Source: Lama glama
Lineage: Eukaryota
Assembly (NCBI GenBank): GCA_028534125.1
Contig: CM052828.1
Coordinates: 61,256,001 to 61,320,000 of the forward strand
Length of the DNA stretch: 64,000 nucleotides
Reading direction: 5' to 3'
The position numbers and the translations under genes are program-made. The notes below the pieces were generated by a model that was not told the origin of the DNA, ran no database searches, and saw only the letters and a list, made by a program, of their open reading frames with translations. Positions 12,877-23,557 of the stretch are shown piece by piece (positions within the stretch are counted from its first letter, which is position 1; each line of letters opens with the position of its first letter).

Positions 12877-13219
12877 CCGCTGGCTTGCTCCCTGTGTCTG
12901 AGGGTCTGCTGCTTTTTTGGTACATTCGCTAGTTGTTGGACTTTTTTGGTTCCACACAGAAGTGACGTCATATGGTACCTCAGTCTGACTCATTTCCTGA
13001 GCAGGGTGCCCCCCCGGGGCCATCCATGTTGCACCAGAGAACAAGCCAGCGGTGGCCAGTGTGGGGGGCAGTCTAGGGGTGGGGGCGTGGGAGGGTCAAA
13101 CCACTGGGCGTGAGGCAGGCTGTAGGATGTGCCTGCGACACGGGGAACACAGCCAATGTTTTATAATCACTGTAAACGGAAAGTAACCTTCAAAAATAGT
13201 ATAACAATAAAAAACAAAC
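12877..13219 (+). mobile_element. Short 5'-truncated, 5'-inverted L1 with TSD
   Basis: About 12877-13033 is L1 3' region in minus orientation; 13035-13219 is the L1 3' end in plus orientation with AATAAA and an A-tail; TSD ctggggactt (12867) / ctagggactt (13220). Confidence 0.8.
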
Positions 13220-15134
13220 CTAGGGACTTTCAATAAAGTGTAAGAATTAGCAGCCGCAGACACGTTTTTACACTGAGGATCTCGTGAGGACATTAGCGCA
13301 CACGAGATCCACAATCGAGTGACTGCGGTAGGCGAGGCAGAGCCTGGCTCCTGTGCTCCCGCCGGCCGCCGGCGCCACCCGCGCTCAGGCCGCGCTCCCG
13401 GCTCACCCCGGGGAGGCGCCGAGGTGGAGTTGCCGGTGCTGGCTTGACTCCAGGGCTTGACTCCCAACCGGCCTCCGCCCTCATCACGCGCGTCTGTTCA
13501 TTTCGCTGAGTGTCGGGTAAGGCTCTACCGGCTTCGTTTTCCCTCCTGGCGTCCGTGGGAGGGGCAGGTCCCGGGCACAGGTCTGGTCAGCGTGTGCTGG
13601 GGACACCTGTGTGGCTCTCACAGGCGCTTAGCTCTCCCAGTGTGAGGGGCCACCTGGCCGCCCATCCCCGCACGTCCATTCTGAGTGTGTTAAAATGACA
13701 AAGCCAAGCCACGAAATGTCGGGTGGACGACCGTTCCTTCACGCCACGGAGATGCCAGCCTGTTTGGGTCCCGGAAGTTCTAGGAAGAAGTGGCTTCCAG
13801 TGGATCTTTGGTTTATGTTCTTGGTGTTTGGGGTCAAAGTGCAAAGACACGTGACATTCGAACACCCCCATCCTAGTTGTTTGAGAAGGAGCTCTGGACA
13901 CAGGGCCAGGGTTCTGGGCTTGGACTTTGTTTCCTGCTGTCCAGGGTGTATTTACTCTGGTGCAAACGACCAGACGAAGCAACAGAGGAGAAATGAACAG
14001 AGGCTGGGACCTGAGCTGGGTGCAGGCGCTGGGCTCCAGGACGCCCACCTGCTCCCGTGGGCACTGTGCTCAGAGCCTCCCAGGAGGGCAGGCGCTCCAC
14101 GCTTCACCAGAGTCCACAGGCCTGGGACGTGCTCAAGGTCCTGCCTTCTTGGCGCCCTGTCCCCCCCGCTCCAAGTTCTGCACTCAGACCTGAGCCCCGG
14201 AAGCGGGAAGAGTCACCCTCGGGGGGAGGTGGGGCTGGGGTGTCCTGGAGATGGATACCTCACACCCCAGCAAAGGCACCAAGTGCCCCCCCCCCAGTTT
14301 TCCAAACAGGAAAGACTAACGTGACCACAGAGCTCGAAGCCAGCCGTCTGCTCAGGTTTGAGGGGCGGAAATCAGAGAGGGGCTGCTAGGCACGAAGGAA
14401 GCGCCCAGGGAGGATCAGGGCTCGGACGCCATGCCCAGCTGACCTGCCTGGGATCACACAGCAAGCACCTCGTCTGCCTGGGGTTTAAGGACCAAACTGT
14501 CCAACGGAGTCAGGGGCTCTGCTGCCAAGACATTGGGTCCACGAGCACCGGGATGGGGTTGTTGGCTCCGTGGGTGAGGGCGTGTGGGGGTTGCGGCTCT
14601 CCCCGGGGTCTCGCAGTTCCCGTGTCCCCCAGGCCCGTTGCAGCCCCCGGAGCAAACAGCTGGGACGCTGGGTTGCAGACTTGGCAGCCAGTCTGTGCTG
14701 ACTGGAGCCCGGCCACGGGTGCCCAGAACATGGAGACAGCCTTCAACCCCACGCAGGACCCGGGGTGGGACACATGGGGCATCAGAGTTTCCCCTGACTG
14801 TTCACACCAGTGTCGCCCAGCCCCTGTCCGCCTGCCAGGGCTTTTCATCTTGCCCAGAGCCAGGAGCTGATGAAAAATATTAAACTCCAAGGCCAACAAT
14901 TTTGCTTTTATCCACAAAAATGTCTTTATCCCTCACCCCAGCCACAAAGAATGTGAATAATTCACCTCCTGGTCTGCTGGTGGCTGCCAGGCCCCCCCCC
15001 ATCTCCAGGACCACTCCCAGACCCTGCACGCCGCGTGCATCCACGTGTGGCCCCCAGCCCCCAGGGCCCCCCACCTGGGGACACAGCCCCTGCCCCTCTG
15101 TCTGCGAAGTGACCCACTCTCTCCTCATCCCAGA

Positions 15135-15295
15135 CTGAGGCAGGTAGTGGGAGGCGTCAGGAAGGCTGCTAACGGGGACAGGGTTCCCTCGCGGCCCAAG
15201 GAGACGTTCTGGAACCAGTGGTGACAGATGCACTGAAACCGCTGAATCGTGCACTGGTGAAGGGTGACTGTTACGCTGTGTGAATTGAGTCTCAG
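15135..15295 (+). mobile_element. Old L1M (L1MB-like) 3' end fragment
   Basis: ..gttctggaa..ctgaatcgtgcact..tgtgtgaattgagtctca resembles L1MB termini. Confidence 0.55.
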
Positions 15296-16379
15296 CGGAG
15301 AGGGGGTTTGTCTGGTGCCAGCGCACACGAGCCCTCTGGGCAGGGCCGGGAGTACGGTACATGCTCAGTTAACGATACAACGGTCATGGGCGCAGTGAGG
15401 GGCCCTCGTCTGGTCCTGAGTGGCCTGTGGTCACCCAGCACCGCCCTGCCCGCCCCACTCCCGCCCTGTCCTGTCTTGTCGCCCGATTCTGCTCCCTCTG
15501 GGCGGGGGATGAAAACACAAAGGAGGCCAGAGCAGAGACGCTGCTGGGTTGTCAGGGCATGCTCAGCGGAGGGGGGTCCGGGGCAGGGCCCTCGCTCTGC
15601 CAGCAGCTCTTGGGTGGCTCCCGTTACTTTGTGTTTCCCTTTCCCATTTACTGAACCTTTTAAGTTACAAATCTAATACATGTGTGGAAAGCAGGCTGCA
15701 GACCTATAGGTGTAATGCGGTGACGCTGACAGAGCAGGGCTGTGGGGCCGGCCCTCCTGGTCCGCCGTGCTGACCGTCTTCCGCAGCCCTGTTTGCGCGT
15801 GGACGGGCCGAGGGCGCCAGGCCTCCGCCAAGCTTCACACCAGTGAGATGCGACCGTGGGCTGGACGTTCGTCTGCTGCCTGTGGTTCTGCGTGGGACGT
15901 GGGACCGCCATTCTCGGTGGGTGGGCGTTGGGGTGTCTCGGGTTTCCTGGGGTGTGTGGGGCCCCTGGCGTGGCTTTGGGGCCCTGGCGACCTTGACTGC
16001 TGGCGGTGCCCAGCCCCGTGTCTGCTGCAGGGAGGACCCGCTCGCTGCTCCAGCTTGCCGGCATCTGGTCCTCGCACAGCGGCGGGTGAGGGGGTTTCTC
16101 CCTGCGGGCTCACCTCGTGGTGTCTGTGGTTCGCATTTCCCTCCGTGTTGAGGAGCGGCCGTGGAACTGACAGACTGGCCCACGTGGTCCTGTTCTGTGC
16201 AGGGTCCGCCTGTGCCTGTCAGCTCCCTGCTCTCTGCTCCTGTTTGCAGGAGGGATTTGTTATGCGTTCTGGACGTGCGCCCCGTGCGGGCCGGGAGCTT
16301 CCCGACACCCTCTCCCGCCTGAGCTTGTTGGCTGCCCTCTTTCTGGTGCTTGAGGAACAGACATCCTCGATTGATTGAC

Positions 16380-17930
16380 TTGTTTGTTTTTAATGGACTA
16401 TTATTTAGAGCAGTTTGGATTTACCACAAAGTTAAGAGGATGGTGAAGGTTCTCTCACCGACCCTCACCCCCACGCGCGCAGCCTCCCCCACTGTCAGCG
16501 CCCCCACCAGGTGGTCCGTCCGCTGCGACCCTGAGCCAGCACTGCCCCCGCCGTCACCCCGGGCCACCCCCGGTGGTGGGCGTCTGCGGGTTTGCACACG
16601 TGCGACGACACGTGCCAGCCGTTGCCGTCCCCTGCAGAGTAGCTTCGTGCCCTGGAACTGCTCCGGGCTCCGCCCCTCGGCCCCTCCCCAGTCCCTGCTG
16701 CCTCCGTGGTTCTGTTGCTTCCAGAACGTCACGTGGTGGGGGTTGGACAACGTGCGCCTTTTCCGACGGGCGTCTTCCACTTCTTCACACGCATTCAAGG
16801 TTCCTCCATGTCTTTTCACGGCTTGGAGGTCACCTCTTTTTCTCACTGAATAATAAAGCAGCGTCTGAGCGGAACACGGTCTGTTTACCCATCACCTGCT
16901 GAAGGGCATCTCCGGTGCCTCCAGGTTGGGCAGTTACGAACACATCTTCCGTAAACAGCTGTGTGCACACTTCTGTGTGGACAGTTTCAGCTCCCCTGGG
17001 CAAACAGCAAGGAGCACGTGGCTGGGTCAGCCGGCGAGGGTGTGTTCAGTTCCCCTAGGAACCGTCTTCCCGGTGGCTGCACCGTTCTGCGCTCCCGCCT
17101 GCGGTGCTGAGTGCCCGCTGCTCCACGTCCTCGCCAGCACTTGGTGTTGCCGGTGTCTGGGTGGGGCCGTTCTGACAGGTGCCCGGTGGTCTGTCCCTGC
17201 TGTTTAATTTGCGCCTCCCCGAGGATGTGGTGCTGAGCGTCAGTTTGTGTTTGTTTGCCACCAGTGTAGCTTCTTTGGTAAGATGTCTTTGAAGCCTTTG
17301 ACGCGTGTTTTTAAAATTGAGTTGTTTGCTTTTTGACTGTTGCGTTTCAACGGTTCTTTGTACATTTCGGTCACAGAGCCTTATCAGATGTGCCTTTTGC
17401 AAATATCTTCTCCTGTTTGTGGCTTGTCTTCTCATTCTCTTGACAGTGTCATTTGCCAGAAGTGTTTCGCTTTAACGGAGCCTGGCTTAGCCGTTATTTC
17501 TTTGTGGGTCGCACCTTTGGCGTTGGATCCGAAAAGTCAACCCAAGTCCCAGGCCGTCCGGATTTTCTCCTGCGCGTCTTCCAGGAGTTCTACAGTTTCG
17601 TGTGTAGATCTTTGCATTCAGACGTGTGATGGATTTCGAGTTGGCTCTTGTGAGGGGCGCAAGGTTTCGTGGAGGCTCGTTTGCGTGCCGATGTCCAGCT
17701 GTTCCAGCACGCTCTGTGGAGAGACTGTCTCTGCTCCGTTGTGTTGCCTTCGGTCCTTTGCTGAAGAGCAGTTGACTCTATTTTCGCGAGTCTGTTTCTG
17801 GGCTCTCTCTTCTGTTCCATTGGTCTGTCTGTCTGTCTGTTCATTTGGCAATACCAGGCCGTGCTGATTACTGTAACTCCTTTAACGAGTCTTGAGGTCA
17901 GGTAGCGTCAGTCCTCCAACCTTGTTTTTC
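16380..17930 (-). mobile_element. Old L1 (L1MC-like) 3' UTR and end of ORF2
   Basis: tttagagcagtttggatttaccacaaa L1MC-like end; ORF2-like remnant (DRQTNGTEERAQKQT); ctgtaactcctttaacgagtcttgaggtcaggtag. Confidence 0.8.
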
Positions 17931-18052
17931 TTGAAGTTCTTGATTTTAATGCAGCCCAATTTTTAGATATTTTTCTTTATCACGAGAGCGTTTTGTTTTA
18001 TATTTTAAAGAAATATTTCTTCACCCTAGTTCATAAAAATAGTCTTTTATCA

Positions 18053-18260
18053 CAGAGGTCAGCAAAGTTCAATAAGGGACAGACAGGACGCACCTCGGGT
18101 TTCGAGGGCCAGCAGTTGTTCAGCCACTGTTCAGCTCGGCCGTCCTAACGTGAGAGAAGTTGGGCACAGGGGTCAGTCAGTGCCGTGACTGGTGCCAATG
18201 AGGCTTTGTTAACAGAGCCAGGGGAGGGCCACACTGGCCCACAGGCTACAGCTTTACGTT
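18053..18260 (+). mobile_element. MER58-like hAT DNA transposon fossil
   Basis: cagaggtcagcaaa...taagggacaga...tggcccacaggctacagcttt resembles MER58 ends. Confidence 0.6.
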
Positions 18261-18369
18261 ACCTCCTAAATGCCTCGTACATTACCTCGGAGTTAAATAC
18301 GTACTGTTCCTAGAGGTAACCTTCTGTGTTACGTGAGCTGGGGTCAAACGTCCTCTTTCTGGAATGCGG

Positions 18370-18550
18370 GGTTTTCGACAGGTTTGACTTGCCCCAGGGG
18401 ACGTGTGGCAGTGTCTGAAGACATCTGTGACTGTCTCATGTGTGTGTGTGTGTGTGTGTGGGTTCCCACTGGCAGTGGCATGCAGGCTATAGGGATGCAC
18501 CTAAATGTGCTAAAGGCACAGGACAGCCCGTCACACAAAACTGTTACCGA
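18370..18550 (+). mobile_element. MER20 fossil containing a (TG)11 microsatellite at 18439-18460
   Basis: ttgccccaggggacgtgtggcagtgtctgaagacat...gcacaggacagccc matches MER20 motifs. Confidence 0.7.
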
Positions 18551-20428
18551 TCTATAGTATCCGAGAAACAAACAGAAGAACGAAACACAGATGTTACTCT
18601 TAAAACCAAAAGAGCAAAAAACTCTGAGATCAGCTCTGACCACATTCTGTGTCAGCAGCATAACCCATCCCACCCCCCACCCCCCATGGCGCCCGGTCAG
18701 ATCTCTGTGCGGTCCTGCAACGCGCACAGTCAGACCCACCCCAGCTGCTCCTCCATGGTGCACACAGTCAGATGCAGACTCTCCGTCAGCCACGGCCTCG
18801 TGTGCAGTTTGGCCCTGCCTGGACCTGGGAGCAGCAAGTTCGCCAACCTGGTCGGCACAGCTGGGAACGTATTGCAGTGTTTGGCTCTGACCTGGCCGTA
18901 AGCTTTTTCTTGGCAGCAGTTAGGGTAACCCCTGGCGCCCAGTGGAAGACTAAGGAAACCGCACCAGGAAACAGATGTTGCCTTGCTGTCCCCGGGGAGA
19001 AGACGAACCCAAGGTGGTCAGGAGGCCCCAGAGCGCTGGCCTGTCTGTCCCGGAGTCCAGCCCCAGGGCTCTGTGTGAGTCCCCTGCTCTGCTGGCCGTC
19101 CTGGCCTTCATGAGCCGGTTGTGGCTGGCCAGGAGGAAGCTCACAGCTAGCCAGGGCAGCATTCCATAAGAACATTCCAGAGCCACCTCCAGAGTGGACG
19201 GGAACCAGAGAGCATGGTGAGAATGCTGTGGTGACAAGACTGAGAATTGGATCAGGCTCCAGAGTGGCTTTGGGCTCCTGAGGCCACACGTGGCCAGACG
19301 GTGGGCAGCCCAGGTGGCTCCTGGGGGCCACAGTGGGACTGTGTGTCCCACATTCCTTGGAGTTGTGCTCAGACCACTCACCGAGCAGACGGTGTCTGTG
19401 CTGGTCCTCTTGGTCAACACCAGGGTCCTCAGGACTGGGCTCACGAGCTCTAGGTGGACAGCCTGAGGCTGTGTCCCTCAGCTCCAAGCCCTGGCCTGAC
19501 CTGCTCAGCCCATCAGTCTGCCACCCTGATCCCGGAGCCAGCACAGGGGGCTGGGTTTGGGGTCCACTTGTGGTGTGAGCCACACACGTCTACCCCAGTC
19601 ACAGGTGGAAGGAGATCCACGGTCTGTGGGAGAGGCTGGGTGGGACCCCCCTCCTTCCACGGGGACCTTGGCTGGAGGTGGACGTTTCATGAGGACGTGG
19701 GCTCTCCGAGGCCCACGCCTGACCTCCCCCTGCCCCCGGTCTGTGGAAATCTCTTGAAGAGCCTCTTAGACTGGTTTTATGAAGTCCTGAGTCAGCAGAA
19801 TTCCACCCAGAGGCTGCTGAAGTTGGGGGACCCGAGCGAGCTGCACTGGGGCCCTTGGGAAGCAGCGTGGGCCACGGTGCCTGGAGGAGGAGAGGCTCCC
19901 TCTCGAACCAGAAGAGAGTTGGCCTCGAGGACTCACCGAGGGCCTGGCTGGCTGGCGTGGCAAGGTGGGGCGGTCTGGTGGCCCAGCGGGAGAAGGCTGG
20001 TGTGGGGTCTCCACGACACTGGTCCATCAGGCGGGACCCCTGGGCCAAGCTCACCTCAAGGGACCAGACCGAGACCTGAAGGTACAGGGGTGACTTGAAA
20101 GGACACCGGAGGATCAGGCCCCCGGGGCCCAGCAGGGCTGGCCTGAATAGCTGGGGTGGGCCGCGGTGTCACTGTGACCCTAGGGCTCCTGCTGGCCTGA
20201 ACCTGCTTTTCTGCTCCCCAGCCACCTCACTACTGAGTGTGTACGTGCACCGCGTGTGCACGTGTGTGTGGAGAGGCGGGTGGGGCCCCTCCTTCCACGG
20301 GGACCTTGGCGGCAGTGGATGTTTCACACTTTCTGCGGCCCCTTGGCCTCAGACCTGCCGACGGCTGTGCCGCTGAGCACCAAGGAGCAGAAACCGCCAA
20401 CACGGGGCTAGAAAGGGTCTGTGAATAT

Positions 20429-20434
20429 TTTATT
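20429..20434 (-). terminator. GAS6: GAS6 poly(A) signal AATAAA
   Basis: First AATAAA on the minus strand after the stop, about 290 nt downstream. Confidence 0.85.
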
Positions 20435-20725
20435 TTTCCATAGTTCTAGGTCAGAAAGAAGCATCTGGTAATAAAAATAACAGAATCACGTTCCTGGGGC
20501 CGCTCTGGCGGGTGTGGGCCTCGGCCCCAGGAGGGCTCGGGCTGGCCCTGAGCTTAGTCCACTATTTACACGTATGTTACACGGCGGAGGGTGGCCTCAG
20601 AGGGACGTCGGCCGGGATTCAGTGTTGTGCGCGGGGTCACTGGTGCCCCCGCCTTCCTTCCTGCTTGGAGGAGAAGGCGGGAGGCATGCTGGGCGGGGGC
20701 GCGAGCGTCCAGCAGCAGCGGGAGC

Positions 20726-20877
20726 CTAGGCGCCCGGCGTGATGGGTGGGCAGGAGTGGGAGGTGATGTCGCTGTGCTTGTAGGTGGCCTCGTCCAGGTC
20801 CAGTGCCCTCCCGTTGACCTCCAGCGTCATGCAGCCGTGGTAGAATGCTGTGACGGGGGCCGAGGTCACCGGCACCT
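20726..20877 (-). CDS. GAS6: GAS6 exon 15 coding part ([23 protein letters not shown]...[10 protein letters not shown])
   Basis: ccAG acceptor; TAG at 20728-20726. The 15 exons sum to 2022 nt, which is 673 aa plus stop. Confidence 0.97.
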
Positions 20878-21749
20878 CTGGCCGCGTGGAAAAGACAGAC
20901 GTGTCTCAGTGGGCGGGCTGCCTATCGTCTGGGGACTGGGCTCCCCCGCCCCCACGGCCTGCTGGGTCCCTGCGCTCCTCCAGGGCATCACCGTCCCGGC
21001 TGGGCCTCCCGACAGACAAGCACTGGACAGCTGCCGTCCGCACCCCCGACCTCCCAGGAAGTGCACACAGACAGTCCAGTCACTTAAACGCTCTCCTCCT
21101 GGCTCAGTGACTCATGCTGAGGGCTTCCAGGCTCTCTCATCCTCTTCAAAGCTTTGTTTATTAAACTAAATGGAGTTTGGGTCTGGCAGCTGAGACAGAA
21201 ATCCTGACATCTGTGGCCTGCAGCGACCACCCCCCTCCCCGGGAAGTGGGGGCCAACGGGCTTCCATGAGTTCCTGGCCTTCATCTGCCCCCTGCACTCT
21301 GCCCTCACTACTGGGCTCCATCTGACCAGACATGAGGCCCCTGCTCTGCAGGAGCTGGCTGTGCTGGCCCTTCCTGGATGCAGGAGGCACTGGTGGTCAT
21401 TCTGTCCGCAGCTGCTGCACTGGGACTTGGGGGGTGAGGCTGGCTGGGGGCACCAGGCACCTGGCTCTGGCACGGCCCCTGGTGGACTGGGCTCTCCCGA
21501 CCATCCTTGGCCCCTTGGCTGGAGCCCATCTGACACCCGCTTGGGGGTGCTGCGGGGGGCTCCGGGAGGTGGGGTGGCTTCAGCCCGATGCCGGTCCCCA
21601 GTGAGTGTGTTCCCATCCTGGCCCGATTCACTGCTGAGCCAGTGCAGACACACACGGGGACAGGGCAGCTGGTAGGCCCACCTGTGTCCTCCCCTCCTTC
21701 TGGCACAGACACCCCAGTTCTGCTGAGGTGAGCAGGCTGGGGCCCCTAC

Positions 21750-21978
21750 CTGGCAGTCCCCCAACAAAGGTCAGCACAGAGCCCTGCAGGCGCCTCCCGA
21801 GGACGGCCAGCCTCTCCTGTAGCCCCGCAGCGCTCACTTCACTCTGGCCCTTGGTGCCGTCCACCTCCAGGGCAGCCCGGTCCTGGTTCACAGAGATGGT
21901 CACCACGTGCTCCTGGCCATCACAAACCTTGATCTCCATCAGGACCAGGGCAATGCTCTCCACGGCCAGGACCACCAG
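21750..21978 (-). CDS. GAS6: GAS6 exon 14, LG2 ([24 protein letters not shown]...TFVGGLP)
   Basis: acAG / GTAGGG; 229 nt. Confidence 0.97.
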
Positions 21979-22384
21979 CTGTGGGGAGATGCACACCTGA
22001 GCAGGGGAGGGCGGCCATGTGCTCCCGGGCCCTGTGTCCTGCCCTGGTCTGGACCCTCCTGTGGGTGGGGTCCCTGCAGCTGGGCTGCGGCAGGAACTCA
22101 GTTTCTGTGCGTGTAAATGACAAGGCCCCTGGGCACGAAGACGGACAGATGGAGCAGTGCATCCTCGGTGGGAGTTGGGGTAACAAGTTCTAGCCACGTG
22201 GATGCACGTGCCTCAGCCTGGGCAGAGATGACCACAGCCACCAGCGTGTCCATGGCCAGAATGTGGGGAAGGACTGCTCTCTCCACAGGGAGATGCCACA
22301 TGGAGCAGCACGCAGGGACCTGGCAGCAAATGCGAACTGCCCAAGAGGCAGCCCAGGTGCACATGCCAGGCAGGACACGCCTCC

Positions 22385-22612
22385 AACACAGGACAGAGAC
22401 ACTGTGACCACAGGGGACAAAGAAACTGACAACAGGGGACAGAGACACAGATGACATGGGGCAGAGACCCTGTGACAAGAGGTGACAGAGACATTGTAAT
22501 GACACAAGGCAGAGACACTGATGACAGGGGACAGAGATGTGACAACCAGAGAGAGAGACACTGACAAGAGGGGACACAAGGCAGAGACACTGTGACAAGA
22601 GGGGACAGACAT
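22385..22612. repeat. Degenerate minisatellite of about 24 bp (GACAGAGACACTGTGACAAGAGGG) in GAS6 intron 13
   Basis: Repeated gacagagacac / tgacaagaggggaca units. Confidence 0.8.
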
Positions 22613-23384
22613 ACTCTGACAATTGATGGTCCCCCTCCTCCCTCGCTCTCCCTGCCCGGGGAGGTGGTCTCAGCTGTGGGCCTCCAGGCTGTCTACCCCG
22701 AGCATGGGACCCTGTGGAGGCCGGGCCTGGCAGGTGAGGGCCCGGGGGGCCTCTTGGCCCCTAGCCCAGGTGAGAGAGTCTGGCTAGCTTGGAAGGCAGG
22801 CTGACTTGGGGAGCACGTCCCCCTGGGGCAGCCGTGCCTCCCTTAGTCCAGAGGCCAGAGGATGAAACCTATTTCCATCTCCTCCAGATGCTCTCTAAGA
22901 AGACAGCACGTCCAGTGACCACGGTGTGGACCTGGCGTCGGGAGACAGTAGGGAGTGGTGGGGACTGCGTGGAGGCGGCAGCGTGTGGGTCCAGGTCTGT
23001 GCTCAGAGCCCGAGCGCGTCGCCCAGGGGATGAGGCTACAAGGCCTGGGCCGTGTCTACACACCTGTCTCCTCCGGGGAAACTGGAAATCTTATTCGCGA
23101 GTGGAATTGTCCAGCTTAAGTGTGAGCGATTGGTTCACACGCTCTAAGCCGCTGAGCGGGTGGGAAAGTGTCCCCTCTGCACAGCTGGCCTGTGGGCCCC
23201 CAAGTGCAGCTGCCGTGCAGCTGTGTCAGGGACCTCGTGTCCCTGCGTGGCTGGGCAGACCCTGGTGAGAGTCTGGGGGGCGGACCTGAGCCCAGGAGGC
23301 GCAGTTGGGCCCAGGGGTGGCTAGCAGGCCGGCCGCCCGGGGACAGTGCTCACCCCTGGGGCGGGGCGGGGCGGGGCGTGGCAC

Positions 23385-23557
23385 CTGCTTTTTGAGCTTC
23401 TTGGTGGAGTGGTAGTCGACCAGGGCCACTGACAGGGCGACGGCGTGGTCGTCTCCCACCAGTGCGAGCAGCACGCCCGTGTCAGTGGCGGGGCGAATCC
23501 GAGCCATGGCCTCTATCTCCCAGGTGGTCTCGGTCCCCACGTCCGGTGACGTCCGTG
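23385..23557 (-). CDS. GAS6: GAS6 exon 13, LG2 ([16 protein letters not shown]...[11 protein letters not shown])
   Basis: ttgcAG / GTGCCA; 173 nt; phase consistent. Confidence 0.96.

Noticed and set aside
18440-19583. Cluster of overlapping ORFs (153, 164 and 265 aa) between the genes as a hidden gene or pseudogene
   Set aside because: No protein family recognised, no consistent exon structure, and long frames are expected at this GC content. A BLASTX/HMMER search would settle it.
22098-22622. Cys-rich keratin-associated or metallothionein-like ORFs
   Set aside because: All three frames are open only because they translate the intron 13 minisatellite.
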